Assembly (NCBI GenBank): GCA_965644315.1
Contig: CBFFRQ010000145.1
Location: 1-43,365 of the forward strand
Reading direction: 5' to 3'
DNA from: Caecitellus pseudoparvulus
Taxonomy: Eukaryota; Protista; Bigyra: Bicosoecida
Length of the DNA: 43,365 nucleotides
Part shown: positions 1 to 10,290 of the stretch, piece by piece
Numbering within the stretch: the first letter of the stretch is position 1
How the letters are laid out: every line of letters starts with the position of its first letter
Program-made: the position numbers and the translations under genes
The notes under the pieces: model-generated
The model's input: the letters and a program-made list of their open reading frames with translations, nothing else
Database searches by the model: none
What the model was told of the DNA's origin: nothing

Positions 1-3000
1 TTCCGAAGCAGAGGCTGCCGAAGCCGAGAAGCAGCAACTGCAGGCACAGCACAGCCACGCCCTCACGGCAGCGCGCAACAAGCAGGTGGAGGAGGCAGTG
101 CAGCGCCTGTTCACGCTGCACCGCCGGTCTCTGACGACAGCCACCATGCGGCTGGTGTTCGGGAAGTGGCAAGGCATGGTGCAGGCTGACCGGGAGGCTG
201 AGGCTGCTGCAGCTGCTGAGGAGGATCTGCAGGCTCGCCTGGCAGCTGTGTGTGAGGAGAAGGATGCAGCTGAGCAGGCCGCCTCTGAGCAGGCCGATGC
301 GCTGAAGGCAAAGCTGGCGGCAGCTGACGGGCGCACTCGGTCCCATGCGCTGGCGGCGTTGCATCGCTTCGTGGCGCTGCAGCAGCGTGTGCAGCAGAAC
401 GGTGTGCTGTCCCTGGCATGGGGTCGGTGGGTGTCCATGGTGCATGCGCAGCGCAAGGCGGAGGCGGATCAGGCGGCCCTGCGTGAGTCACAGGCACATG
501 TGCTGCAGCTGCGGAAGGAGCTGGAGGAGGCCAAGGCGCTGGAGGGGCATGTGAGCAGTGAGCGTGATGCGGAGCGTCAGCGGGCGCTGGAGGAGCGGCA
601 GGCATCGGCTCGTCGTGGTGCGATGGCTGTGCTGGACCGTTTTGCAGTGTTGCGGAAGCGTGGGCTGGCGCACTTTGCGGTGCGGACAGCGTTTGGCAAG
701 TGGCACGATATGGCGTGCGCTGCACGGGCCAGTGAGGCAGCACGTGGCACTGAGGAGGAGCTGTCAGGCCGTGTGCGTGCACTGGCTGCAGAGCTGGAGG
801 CAGCCCAGCAAGCACGCGCTTCCGAAGCAGAGGCTGCCGAAGCTGAGAAGCAGCAACTGCAGGCACAGCACAGCCACGCCCTCACGGCAGCGCGCAACAA
901 GCAGGTGGAGGAGGCAGTGCAGCGCCTGTTCACGCTGCACCGCCGATCCCTGACCACCGCCACCATGCGGCTGGTGTTCGGGAAGTGGCAAGGCATGGTG
1001 CAGGCTGACCGGGAGGCTGAGGCTGCTGCAGCTGCTGAGGAGGATCTGCAGGCTCGCCTGGCAGCTGTGTGTGAGGAGAAGGATGCAGCTGAGCAGGCCG
1101 CCTCTGAGCAGGCCGATGCGCTGAAGGCAAAGCTGGCGGCAGCTGACGGGCGCACACGGTCCCATGCGCTGGCGGCGTTGCATCGCTTCGTGGCGCTGCA
1201 GCAGCGTGTGCAGCAGAACGGTGTGCTGTCGTTGGCGTGGGGTCGGTGGGTGTCCATGGTGCATGCGCAGCGCAAGGCGGAGGCGGATCAGGCGGCCCTG
1301 CGTGAGTCACAGGCACATGTGCTGCAGCTGCGGAAGGAGCTGGAGGAGGCCAAGGCGCTGGAGGGGCATGTGAGCAGTGAGCGTGATGCGGAGCGTCAGC
1401 GGGCGCTGGAGGAGCGGCAGGCGTCGGCTCGTCGTGGTGCGATGGCTGTGCTGGACCGTTTCGCAGTGTTACGGAAGCGTGGGCTGGCGCACTTTGCGGT
1501 GCGGACAGCGTTTGGCAAGTGGCATGATATGGCGTGCGCTGCACGGGCCAGTGAGGCAGCACGTGGCACTGAGGAGGAGCTGTCAGGCCGTGTGCGTGCA
1601 CTGGCTGCTGAGCTGGAGGCAGCCCAGCAAGCACGCGCTTCCGAAGCAGAGGCTGCCGAAGCCGAGAAGCAGCAACTGCAGGCACAGCACAGCCACGCCC
1701 TCACTGCAGCTCGCAACAAGCAGGTGGAGGAGGCAGTGCAGCGCCTGTTCACGCTGCACCGCCGGTCTCTGACCACCGCCACCATGCGGCTGGTGTTCGG
1801 GAAGTGGCAAGGCATGGTGCAGGCTGACCGGGAGGCTGAGGCTGCTGCAGCTGCCGAGGAGGATCTGCAGGCTCGGCTGGCAGCTGTGTGTGAGGAGAAG
1901 GATGCAGCTGAGCAGGCTGCCTCTGAGCAGGCCGATGCGCTGAAGGTGAAGTTGGCGGCAGCCGACGGACGCACTCGGTCCCATGCACTGGCGGCGCTGC
2001 ATCGCTTCGCGACGCTACAGCAGCGTGTGCAGCAGAACGGTGTGCTGTCCCTGGCGTGGGGTCGGTGGGTGTCCATGGTGCATGCGCAGCGCAAGGCGGA
2101 GGCGGATCAGGCGGCCCTGCGCGAGTCACAGGCACATGTGCTGCAGCTGCGGAAGGAGCTGGAGGAGGCCAAGGCGCTGGAGGGGCATGTGAGCAGCGAG
2201 CGTGATGCGGAGCGTCAGCGGGCGTTGGAGGAGCGGCAGGCGTCGGCTCGTCGTGGTGCGATGGCTGTGCTGGACCGTTTCGCAGTGTTGCGGAAGCGTG
2301 GGCTGGCGCACTTTGCGGTGCGGACAGCGTTTGGCAAGTGGCATGATATGGCGTGCGCTGCACGGGCCAGTGAGGCAGCACGTGGCACTGAGGAGGAGCT
2401 GTCAGGCCGTGTGCGTGCACTGGCTGCAGAGCTGGAGGCAGCCCAGCAAGCACGCGCTTCCGAAGCAGAGGCTGCCGAAGCTGAGAAGCAGCAACTGCAG
2501 GCACAGCACAGCCACGCCCTCACTGCAGCTCGCAACAAGCAGGTGGAGGAGGCAGTGCAGCGCCTGTTCACGCTGCACCGCCGGTCTCTGACCACCGCCA
2601 CCATGCGGCTGGTGTTCGGGAAGTGGCAAGGCATGGTGCAGGCTGACCGGGAGGCTGAGGCTGCTGCAGCTGCCGAGGAGGATCTGCAGGCTCGCCTGGC
2701 AGCTGTGTGTGAGGAGAAGGATGCAGCTGAGCAGGCTGCCTCTGAGCAGGCCGATGCGCTGAAGGTGAAGTTGGCGGCAGCCGACGGACGCACACGGTCC
2801 CATGCGCTGGCTGCGTTGCACCGCTTCGTGACGCTGCAGCAGCGCGTGCAGCAGAACGGTGTGCTGTCCCTGGCGTGGGGTCGGTGGGTGTCCATGGTGC
2901 ATGCGCAGCGCAAGGCGGAGGCGGATCAGGCGGCCCTGCGCGAGTCACAGGCACATGTGCTGCAGCTGCGGAAGGAGTTGGAGGAGGCCAAGGCGCTGGA

Positions 3001-3160
3001 GGGGCATGTGAGCAGTGAGCGTGATGCGGAGCGTCAGCGGGCGTTGGAGGAGCGGCAGGCGTCGGCTCGTCGTGGTGCGATGGCTGTGCTGGACCGTTTC
3101 GCAGTGTTGCGTAAGCGTGGGCTGGCGCACTTTGCGGTGCGGACAGCGTTTGGCAAGTGG
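1..3160 (+). repeat. Intragenic 819-bp tandem repeat, about 3.9 copies visible
   Basis: GTGGAGGAGGCAGTGCAGCG recurs at 86, 905, 1724 and 2543 (period 819). Copies differ mostly at synonymous sites. Confidence 0.95.
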
Positions 3161-3718
3161 TTGAGCATGGTGCAGGCTGAACGCGTGGCGGAAGCTGCGG
3201 CAGACGACATCGGCGCTCTGCAAGAAGAAACTGCTTCTCTGCAGAAAGAATCTGCTGCATTGCAGGAAGAAACCGCTTCGCTGCAGCAGCAGTGTGCGGA
3301 GAAGGAGGCAGCTGTGTCGGATCTGCAGAGCAAGCACGCTGATGCTGCGAGTGCAGTGCAGACAGCAAGCTCTGCTTTGGATGAGTCACAGCAACAACTG
3401 GCCAAGGTACAGCAAGAACTTGCCCTCGCAGGCAAGCAGGGAAGTGGGCTGGCACTGCCCATCTATGCTGTCACAGCGACGATCTTGTATTTGACGCTGT
3501 TCTTGTTGGTGCTGGGCTACGCTGGCGTTCTGGATGCTTGGCTTGCTGAGTTGAGCCCAGAGACAGCGCACGCCATCCAAAGCGCGGTGCAGTCCCTCCT
3601 GTCAAACAGGGTCAGCAGCGCCGGGTGTGACGGCAACGACATTCTGCGCTGGGTGCCGGCAGAAGATGGTATGACCATGCTGGCTTGCACGCCAGCTGTG
3701 CCTGATGTGGAGCTGTAA
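1..3718 (+). CDS. Large coiled-coil repeat protein with a near-C-terminal transmembrane helix (5' end outside window)
   Basis: The frame is open from the window edge. It is Ala/Glu/Gln-rich helical sequence built from 273-aa repeats, each with three F/W-x2-W motifs (LVFGKW, LAWGRW, TAFGKW). A hydrophobic segment LALPIYAVTATILYLTLFLLVLGYAGVL lies about 60 aa before the TAA stop at 3716-3718. Confidence 0.85.
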   Translation, partial: SEAEAAEAEKQQLQAQHSHALTAARNKQVEEAVQRLFTLHRRSLTTATMRLVFGKWQGMVQADREAEAAAAAEEDLQARLAAVCEEKDAAEQAASEQADALKAKLAAADGRTRSHALAALHRFVALQQRVQQNGVLSLAWGRWVSMVHAQRKAEADQAALRESQAHVLQLRKELEEAKALEGHVSSERDAERQRALEERQASARRGAMAVLDRFAVLRKRGLAHFAVRTAFGKWHDMACAARASEAARGTEEELSGRVRALAAELEAAQQARASEAEAAEAEKQQLQAQHSHALTAARNKQVEEAVQRLFTLHRRSLTTATMRLVFGKWQGMVQADREAEAAAAAEEDLQARLAAVCEEKDAAEQAASEQADALKAKLAAADGRTRSHALAALHRFVALQQRVQQNGVLSLAWGRWVSMVHAQRKAEADQAALRESQAHVLQLRKELEEAKALEGHVSSERDAERQRALEERQASARRGAMAVLDRFAVLRKRGLAHFAVRTAFGKWHDMACAARASEAARGTEEELSGRVRALAAELEAAQQARASEAEAAEAEKQQLQAQHSHALTAARNKQVEEAVQRLFTLHRRSLTTATMRLVFGKWQGMVQADREAEAAAAAEEDLQARLAAVCEEKDAAEQAASEQADALKVKLAAADGRTRSHALAALHRFATLQQRVQQNGVLSLAWGRWVSMVHAQRKAEADQAALRESQAHVLQLRKELEEAKALEGHVSSERDAERQRALEERQASARRGAMAVLDRFAVLRKRGLAHFAVRTAFGKWHDMACAARASEAARGTEEELSGRVRALAAELEAAQQARASEAEAAEAEKQQLQAQHSHALTAARNKQVEEAVQRLFTLHRRSLTTATMRLVFGKWQGMVQADREAEAAAAAEEDLQARLAAVCEEKDAAEQAASEQADALKVKLAAADGRTRSHALAALHRFVTLQQRVQQNGVLSLAWGRWVSMVHAQRKAEADQAALRESQAHVLQLRKELEEAKALEGHVSSERDAERQRALEERQASARRGAMAVLDRFAVLRKRGLAHFAVRTAFGKWLSMVQAERVAEAAADDIGALQEETASLQKESAALQEETASLQQQCAEKEAAVSDLQSKHADAASAVQTASSALDESQQQLAKVQQELALAGKQGSGLALPIYAVTATILYLTLFLLVLGYAGVLDAWLAELSPETAHAIQSAVQSLLSNRVSSAGCDGNDILRWVPAEDGMTMLACTPAVPDVEL

Positions 3719-3893
3719 GCCGGCCTGACCGCTAGCTGCAGCCGGGGTCCAATGCACTTCGACCTCGGAAGCAATTTCACCGCGACAGGTTCATGCCCGA
3801 AGGCGACCTTTGCCTGTGGTATGGGCATGCAGGCTTCGTCCTGTTGATATCTGGGGGTGGTTCAGTAGTTCACAACTTCCTTCGGTGCACAGC

Positions 3894-5903
3894 ATGGCTG
3901 AGACCGGCGCTCTTTCTACGAGGTGCGTGGACCCATTTCCGCACTTGCCCGGCGTCGCCTGCACGGAGCGCCTTGCCCCATACAGTGACGCAACCCAGGC
4001 AGAGAAGAACACACGGGGCGCATCTCTTCCCCGTGATGAGTTTGGGCGCAGCACGTCTCGCCCTGCTCGTGGGTGCGTGCAGCAAGCGCTGTCAAGGCAC
4101 GCCCTTCCGACGCCGCGCTGGCACTCCCGCGCCACCTCCCACATCCTCAGCCGAAGCAGGTCCCCTCGTCGGAGCCACTCCCGCGACGCCTCCCGCAGCC
4201 GCGGACGAAGTCAGGGTGGCAGCAGACCACGGTATGATGACTATCGCTCACGCTCGCGGTATGACGATCGGCGGTCTCGCTCCCGCTACGATGACCGCCG
4301 CTCGGGCTCACGGCATGATGACCGCCGCTATGATGACCGCCGCTCAGGTTCCCGGTACGATGATGGCAGGGGCTACCACCGCCGTGGGCGTGGCCACTAT
4401 GATGACAGGTACCAAGGGCACACCTGGAGTGGAAGCCGAGGGCGGTATGACCGCGGGCGCAGCCCACCGCGCCACGGCCACCGGCCCCCGTCCCCTGCTC
4501 GCCCACGCTCTCGCAGTCCCCCTGGCAGAGCAGCGCCGGAGACCAAGGTAGATGTCGGCTCATCCGTTGCTCAACTGCTGAAGCAGCTGGGTGGGGGCAG
4601 CGTCGCCGCTGCAGCTGCAGGTGCGTTTGGAGGGGTGTCTGGCGCTGCCTCGGGCTCCGCCTCGCAGGCCGTCTCAGCCTTGGTCAGCTCAGCGCCCTCC
4701 ACATCGTCGACGGATGCCTCTGACCCCATGGCGGCCGTGGCCCGTGCCGCTGCGCTGGTGTCCCAGGCTGCCGTGCCAGCCAACGACAAAATTGCCCGTG
4801 AGCTGTACATCGGCAATTTGCCCGCCGGCATTCTGCCTGCGCAGGTGAAAGAGTTCTTCACGTCTGCCATGGCTGCCATTGGCGCAGCGAGTGGGCCTGG
4901 AGACCCCATTTCCGCCGTGCGGTATGAGGCCAACCAGCGCTTCTGCTTCATCGAATTCCGTGGCCCCAAGGAGGCGGAGGCTGCCACCGCCCTCAACGGC
5001 ATCATGCTGTACGGCAACGCTCTCAAGGTGGGGCGACCCAAGGCGTACCTGCAGATGGCGGCATCCCTGGCCCCCCCTGCCACCTCCTCCAACGCCACTG
5101 AGCTGGGTTCGGGAGCTGCGGACACTGTCGCAGCCCTTGCCGCGCTGGCAGGGGGTGCTGGCGGAGCTGGGGAGCATGCTGCAGACCCTGTGCTCCGCGT
5201 GAGCAACTTGAAGGACGACTTCGGGCCTGAGGCGGTGCGGCAGGTGCTGGAGCCGTTCGGCAAGGTCGTCTCGTGCGAGGCGGTGGAGGCAGCAGGCAGC
5301 GAAGTGCCCGGCGTCGTGCAGGCCCGTCTGGAAGACCCCTCCCTGCACGAGGTGGTGGCTGACCAGCTGCAGGGCCTGGACATGGGCGGGCGGCCACTGT
5401 GCATCAAGGCCACGGAGCTGGGGGCCGATGGCCAGCCGCAGGGGGAGGAGGCTGCTGGGCCAAAGCCTGCTGTGCAGCTGGGCGGCATCCTGACCCTGGA
5501 CATGCTGAGTGATGGGGAGGAAGTGCAGGAGGTGCTGGGCGAGGTGCAGGAGGAGTGTGCGGGATTCGGCACTGTGAAGGGCGTCACGCTGGGCACGCCT
5601 GACGAGGCAGGCGTGCCGATCTTCGTGTGTTTCGCAGATGAAGCTGCCGCAGACAAGTGCGCCGCAGCCATGAAGGGGCGCAAGTTCGACGAGCGCTCCA
5701 TCGTGGCCACGTGCATCACCGAGGCGCAGTACAACGAAGCGGCTGCCCCTGCTCCCTCGCAGGAAGACGCCGCCCCTGCTTCTTCCACCACGGCGGCAGC
5801 TGCAGTTGAGTCTGGTGATGCAGAGGAGGCACCTGCCGCCGTCCCTGAAGGCGCTGTGCTGAACTTGCCTCCACCGCCGCCTGCCGACGCTGACTTGGAC
5901 TGA
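3894..5903 (+). CDS. U2AF2: Splicing factor U2AF large subunit (U2AF65-like)
   Basis: N-terminal RS domain with SRYDDRRS repeats, RRM1 (ARELYIGNLP...FCFIEF), a second RRM and a C-terminal UHM (IFVCF...AMKGRKFDERSI). Probable in-frame GT-AG introns at 3923-3985 and 4073-4150. Confidence 0.88.
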   Translation: MAETGALSTRCVDPFPHLPGVACTERLAPYSDATQAEKNTRGASLPRDEFGRSTSRPARGCVQQALSRHALPTPRWHSRATSHILSRSRSPRRSHSRDASRSRGRSQGGSRPRYDDYRSRSRYDDRRSRSRYDDRRSGSRHDDRRYDDRRSGSRYDDGRGYHRRGRGHYDDRYQGHTWSGSRGRYDRGRSPPRHGHRPPSPARPRSRSPPGRAAPETKVDVGSSVAQLLKQLGGGSVAAAAAGAFGGVSGAASGSASQAVSALVSSAPSTSSTDASDPMAAVARAAALVSQAAVPANDKIARELYIGNLPAGILPAQVKEFFTSAMAAIGAASGPGDPISAVRYEANQRFCFIEFRGPKEAEAATALNGIMLYGNALKVGRPKAYLQMAASLAPPATSSNATELGSGAADTVAALAALAGGAGGAGEHAADPVLRVSNLKDDFGPEAVRQVLEPFGKVVSCEAVEAAGSEVPGVVQARLEDPSLHEVVADQLQGLDMGGRPLCIKATELGADGQPQGEEAAGPKPAVQLGGILTLDMLSDGEEVQEVLGEVQEECAGFGTVKGVTLGTPDEAGVPIFVCFADEAAADKCAAAMKGRKFDERSIVATCITEAQYNEAAAPAPSQEDAAPASSTTAAAAVESGDAEEAPAAVPEGAVLNLPPPPPADADLD

Positions 5904-6101
5904 CCGACCTCCCTGGTGAGCCCTTCTGCCCCGCAGTACAGCGTGTGCACCCCGTTGCAGGTGAAAAAATGCAGCGTGCGAACTCATCTTGGCATTAGCC
6001 TAGGCGTTGCAAACTGCTGACAGCAGAACCTGTGCTGAGTTGTCCTGGGTTGTGCTGAGTTGTGCATCGTTTCGCCTGCGTTTCGCCGGCCCAGCACAGG
6101 C

Positions 6102-8491
6102 ATGGCTGCAGCCTTGCGCTGCGGCACACATCGTGCAGCGGCACGTGCCCGGCTGTGCCCAGTCTTACACTTTCCTGTGCGGTGGGCTGGGTCATTTGAA
6201 GCTCTTGGCCTGTCCCCTTCCGTGCAGCAAGGCCTCGCGCAGCAGCTTGTTCACGAGCCCACACCCGTCCAAGTAAGGGCTTTACGGCGGCATTTGTTGA
6301 GTTCCCCACCTCACCCTGCCCTGCCTTGGCGACCGCAGGCTTCATGCATTCCTAAAGTTGTCGCTGGAGACAACGTCTTCATTCACTCGCACACTGGTAG
6401 GTGCTTGGATCCAGGCTGCGCATCGTCTGGCTTCTCTTCACAACAAAACACGGCCGAGCGCAGGGTCAGGAAAGACGCTGGCCTATGTGGCCCCCCTGGT
6501 GCACCGCTTGAAGGTCGAGGAAGAGGGGAACGGAGTCACCGCTCGGCCTAAGCGTCCTCGAGCGCTCATCATCGTGCCAACGCGTGAACTAGTTGCCCAG
6601 GTTCTGGTGCGTAGGCTTGCTCGTGCACCCTGCCACTCCACGCCATCACGCCGCCGCCCCCCCTCTGGCTCAACAGGGAGTGTGCAAAAGTACTGCTCGA
6701 ACTGCCAAGCTTCGGACCGTGGGTGTCTACGGCGGCGCCAGGCCAGCTCCCCAGCGCAAGGCGTTGCTAGACGCACCAGACGTAGTCGTTTGTACTCCCG
6801 GCAGGCTGCTCGCACTGCTGGACGATCGGTCAGTGTCTTTGGCAGACGTCTCGACTTTGGTACTGGATGAAGCAGACACGCTGCTGTCCGAGTCAGAGGG
6901 GTTTCTCCCTCAGGTGCGCCGCATCGCGACGGCCGCTCGGGGCGCGGCTGCCACGCAGGCCCGGGCGGTGCAGTTCATCTTTGCCGGCGCAACGACGAAG
7001 CAGGGGACGACCAAGGCAGCGGCCGCTTTGGCAGGTGGCGAGGTGCTCATGGGTGGGGACGCCAGCGGCAACCGCCCGCCCCCTGCGCTGACGCAGCACT
7101 TCGTGCAGGTTCGCGGCGGGGCAACAGGCAACAAGCACGCTGTCTTGGTGGACTCCATCAAGCAGTACTACATGGCCATGCGACCGGGCATCATGAAGGC
7201 GATCGAGTCAGGTGAACCCTTGAGCCTTGCCTCTGGCAATGCGCCACGACAGCAGTCTGTGGCGAGCACGGGGCAGCTGAAGGCGCTGCTCCAGGCGGCT
7301 GGCAGTCTGCGCAGCCCCCGTGACCGCATGCCAGGACAGGAAGCAGTCAGCGCTGCAGTGGCACCATCAGTGAGTGCTGCTTCGGGCAGGGCGCCTGCCC
7401 ACCATGCAGCTGCCCCCAGTGTGTGGTCGACCACACTGGCAACGACGCCAGACGGAGCTGCCGCGCAGGAGGCGCCAAGGGACGGCGACTCCCCCCCTGC
7501 GGCACGCAGTCACGTTCGTGGGTCAGAGGCTGGTCTGCCAGTGTCCAGGAGCATGGTGCGCGCTGCAGCTGCATCTGTGGAGGCACTGCACCGAGCCAGC
7601 AGCGGTGAGGCGGCCTCTGCGCCCGTGCTGGACCTTGTGGGTGTGGACACCGACGCGCTGCTGCAGGCCGACTGGGAGCGCGCAGTGCCAGTGCTGCAGT
7701 CGCTGTCGCTGGCCTTGCCCCGAACCATAGTCTTCGTCAACACTGCCGCCAGTGCGCGGGCGACGGGGCGGGCGCTGGACGAGCACGGCATCCCCAACGT
7801 GGCCCTGCACAAGGACATGCCGTTCAAGGTGCGGCAGAAAGAGTTCGCTGCATTCCAGGCGGGCTTGACGCCTGTCCTCGTGTGCACGGATGCTGGCGCC
7901 CGAGGGCTGGACCTGCCCTTGGTGGGGCACGTCGTGTCCGCGGACTTCCCGGACAGCCCTGTGGAGTTCTTGCACCGCGTGGGGCGCACTGCGCGGGCAG
8001 GGGCAGTGGGAGTGGCCACCAGCCTCGTCACTCGCAAGGACCTTCCCCTGGCAAAAGCCATCCATGCCTCGTCCTCTGTTGGCCTGCCTCTGGGAGACCT
8101 GTCCAGCAGCCGCCAGCACTACTTGCAGCAGTTGGCCCCCCAGCGTGACTCGGTGCAGCAAGCAGGGGGCAAGGAACGCCCAAAGGCCACCAGGCGGCGC
8201 ATGCTTCCTTCCAAGCGCCGTGCCCTGGCAAAGGCCAATGCCGAGCAGCCAGCCAGCGAGCGGCTCTCGGCCGGCAAAGGGTTCACAGGGCCCATGCGGG
8301 ATGCCCTGCGACAAGCCGGCGTGCTGGAACACCCCCTCGGCCCCGGAAGCAGTCGGCTTGAGCTGGATGCAGCCCCACTGCCTGAGTCTCTCGAGGGCGG
8401 CGCCGGACTGCAGCGTGCCTTGGAGTCTGCGAGCGGCGCGCTGTCCGAGCGCTTGCGCGTCCTGACGCAGGACTCCCGCAACTCACGCTGA
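6102..8491 (+). CDS. DEAD-box RNA helicase, probably organellar (DDX28/RH39-like), spliced
   Basis: Q motif (FEALGL..TPVQ), TGSGKT across an intron, PTRELV, TPGRL, DEAD, ARGLD, HRVGRTARAG. Introns at 6273-6338, 6397-6463 and 6607-6676. The Arg/Ala-rich N-terminus resembles a targeting peptide. Confidence 0.88.
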
Positions 8492-9620
8492 CTCCAAGGC
8501 GCGGGTGGGTGTGCCAGCCTGCTTGCGTTGCAGTGCGGGGCCTGCGGCTTGCAGGGAGTTTTCCACTTGCACCGTCTCCCCCTTGAGCAGGCGGGAGCTC
8601 TTGGAACTGAGGCCCAAGTTCCGGAACGATGCCAGGGTTTTCAAGTGGTGCTCCACCCGCGCACCGCCTTTCTTCCACATGAACACAGCATTGCGCAGGC
8701 GGTGTGTGAAGACGTGCATGTTGCCAGCTGGCGTCAGGAGCATCGTGTTGGGCGTGGCTGTCACGCTCCCCGCGCAGCAGAACGTGCGTAACACGGCTGC
8801 CCAGCATGACTGGCCGGGCTGGCCCCCGCCTTGCACGTTCTGGCCGTCCTCACTTGGCTGTGATGGCGGACTTGCCACGGGAGTGGTGTTGCCGCGACCC
8901 TTCCTTGCGCTCTTCCGCCTCGGGGCGAACTCAATGACGCAAGCGTCCCCTGTCGGCAGGCAACCGTTCGTTGACAAGCGAAAGTCGACTCGACTGGTGC
9001 AGCAGGGGGACCTCGCTGGAGGCAGATCCTTCTGCACCACGTGGTCAATGCTGGACACGAGCTTGACGGGCGTCAGCTGCCACACCGACAGCTCAGGTGG
9101 CAGGTCCATCCACTTGAACCGCACGCCCAGGTGGCTGCCGGTAACGCGCACTTGAATGGGGTACCACTCCGAAAACAGCCAAATGCAGACGATGCACGGC
9201 AACACCACGCCTCCGTACCACACGATCTGGCCGCCAAGCACCACGGGAACAAGACATGCCGCTGCCCCCATGATGGCCAGGATCAGGCACGAGGCCAGAC
9301 TGACACGCTCCCTCGCCGGCTGGTGGCAAAGCTTGAAGTTGGCAAGCTCTGTCTGGCGCAGGAAGTCTTCGACGCTGATTTCATCCGGGTATGGGCCCCC
9401 ATCCGGCCCTGGATCTCCTACCTCCAAGGAATGCCTTGCTGCGGAGCTGCTGCGCCTGCTTGCCAGGGGACTGGCAGCGCTGAAGTGCCCTGGAGCCAGC
9501 GCAGTCGATGAGCCTCCCAGGCTCAAAGCGGGGGGGTCACTTGAAGCACTGTGGGGTGGTGCAATGGAAACCATTGATGCTTCAAGTGGGCTCGCCGCAG
9601 CGCCACGAGCAGCGGCCATG
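8483..9620 (-). CDS. Hypothetical membrane protein with two adjacent TM helices
   Basis: Part of the 443-aa ORF 8483-9814, with hydrophobic stretches LASCLILAIMGAAACLVPVVLGG and VWYGGVVLPCIVCIWLF. The start codon is uncertain (MAAARG at 9620 assumed). Confidence 0.6.
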
Positions 9621-10290
9621 CTCAGCAGTCGGAGCGTTTCTCTCTGGCGTTGACCTGCGCTGGGCACGGAGACAAACGGCAGCCGGCAAGGATGCAGAGT
9701 ATGATGGAATGACGGCAAGGATGTTATACGCAGAGAGAGGCAAGGAGGGAGGTTGCCATGTGCCGTGAATTTAGGCAAAGCTTGGAGTGCATGAAAGCTA
9801 AATGCCGCGGCCAAGGAAGTGAGCGGCGGAGGGCCGCCTCACAGCGGAGCGGGTGCAAACAACTTCAGAGCAAGCGTATTTTGTGGGGAGCAACAGTACT
9901 ATGCACGGCCGTCCGGCGTTGGACAGCGTTGCAGTGTGCCAGCCGTCTCGATGTACGAGGAATCAATGCAGACGACTTGCGAAGCAACCGGAACATGGCA
10001 ATGTTTGTGTAGGACGATTAGAAGACCTACGTAAAAGAGATGAATCACTAAAGGATAGATTCTTCACCCACTACAAAAACAAAAGAGGAACCAAAGCTAC
10101 TTGAGGAAGGTGTGCTCGCACGGTCCAGTTTGGTGAGGTTTGAGCCCTGTCAAAGTCTGGTCCGAGCCTTGGAGCTTCTCCGTCCAGAAACGGCTGCAGA
10201 TTCCTGAGAGTCACTTGGACGCTGGACACGAGACAGGCGCGGCCGTTGGCAGCCCGGTCCTATTGGGGATGGGCGCCTTGTGCGACAGCC

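Noticed and set aside
111-3462. Numerous long antisense and alternate-frame ORFs, also at 4571-5987 and 19180-21019
   Set aside because: Shadow ORFs expected from high GC and repeats opposite well-supported genes.
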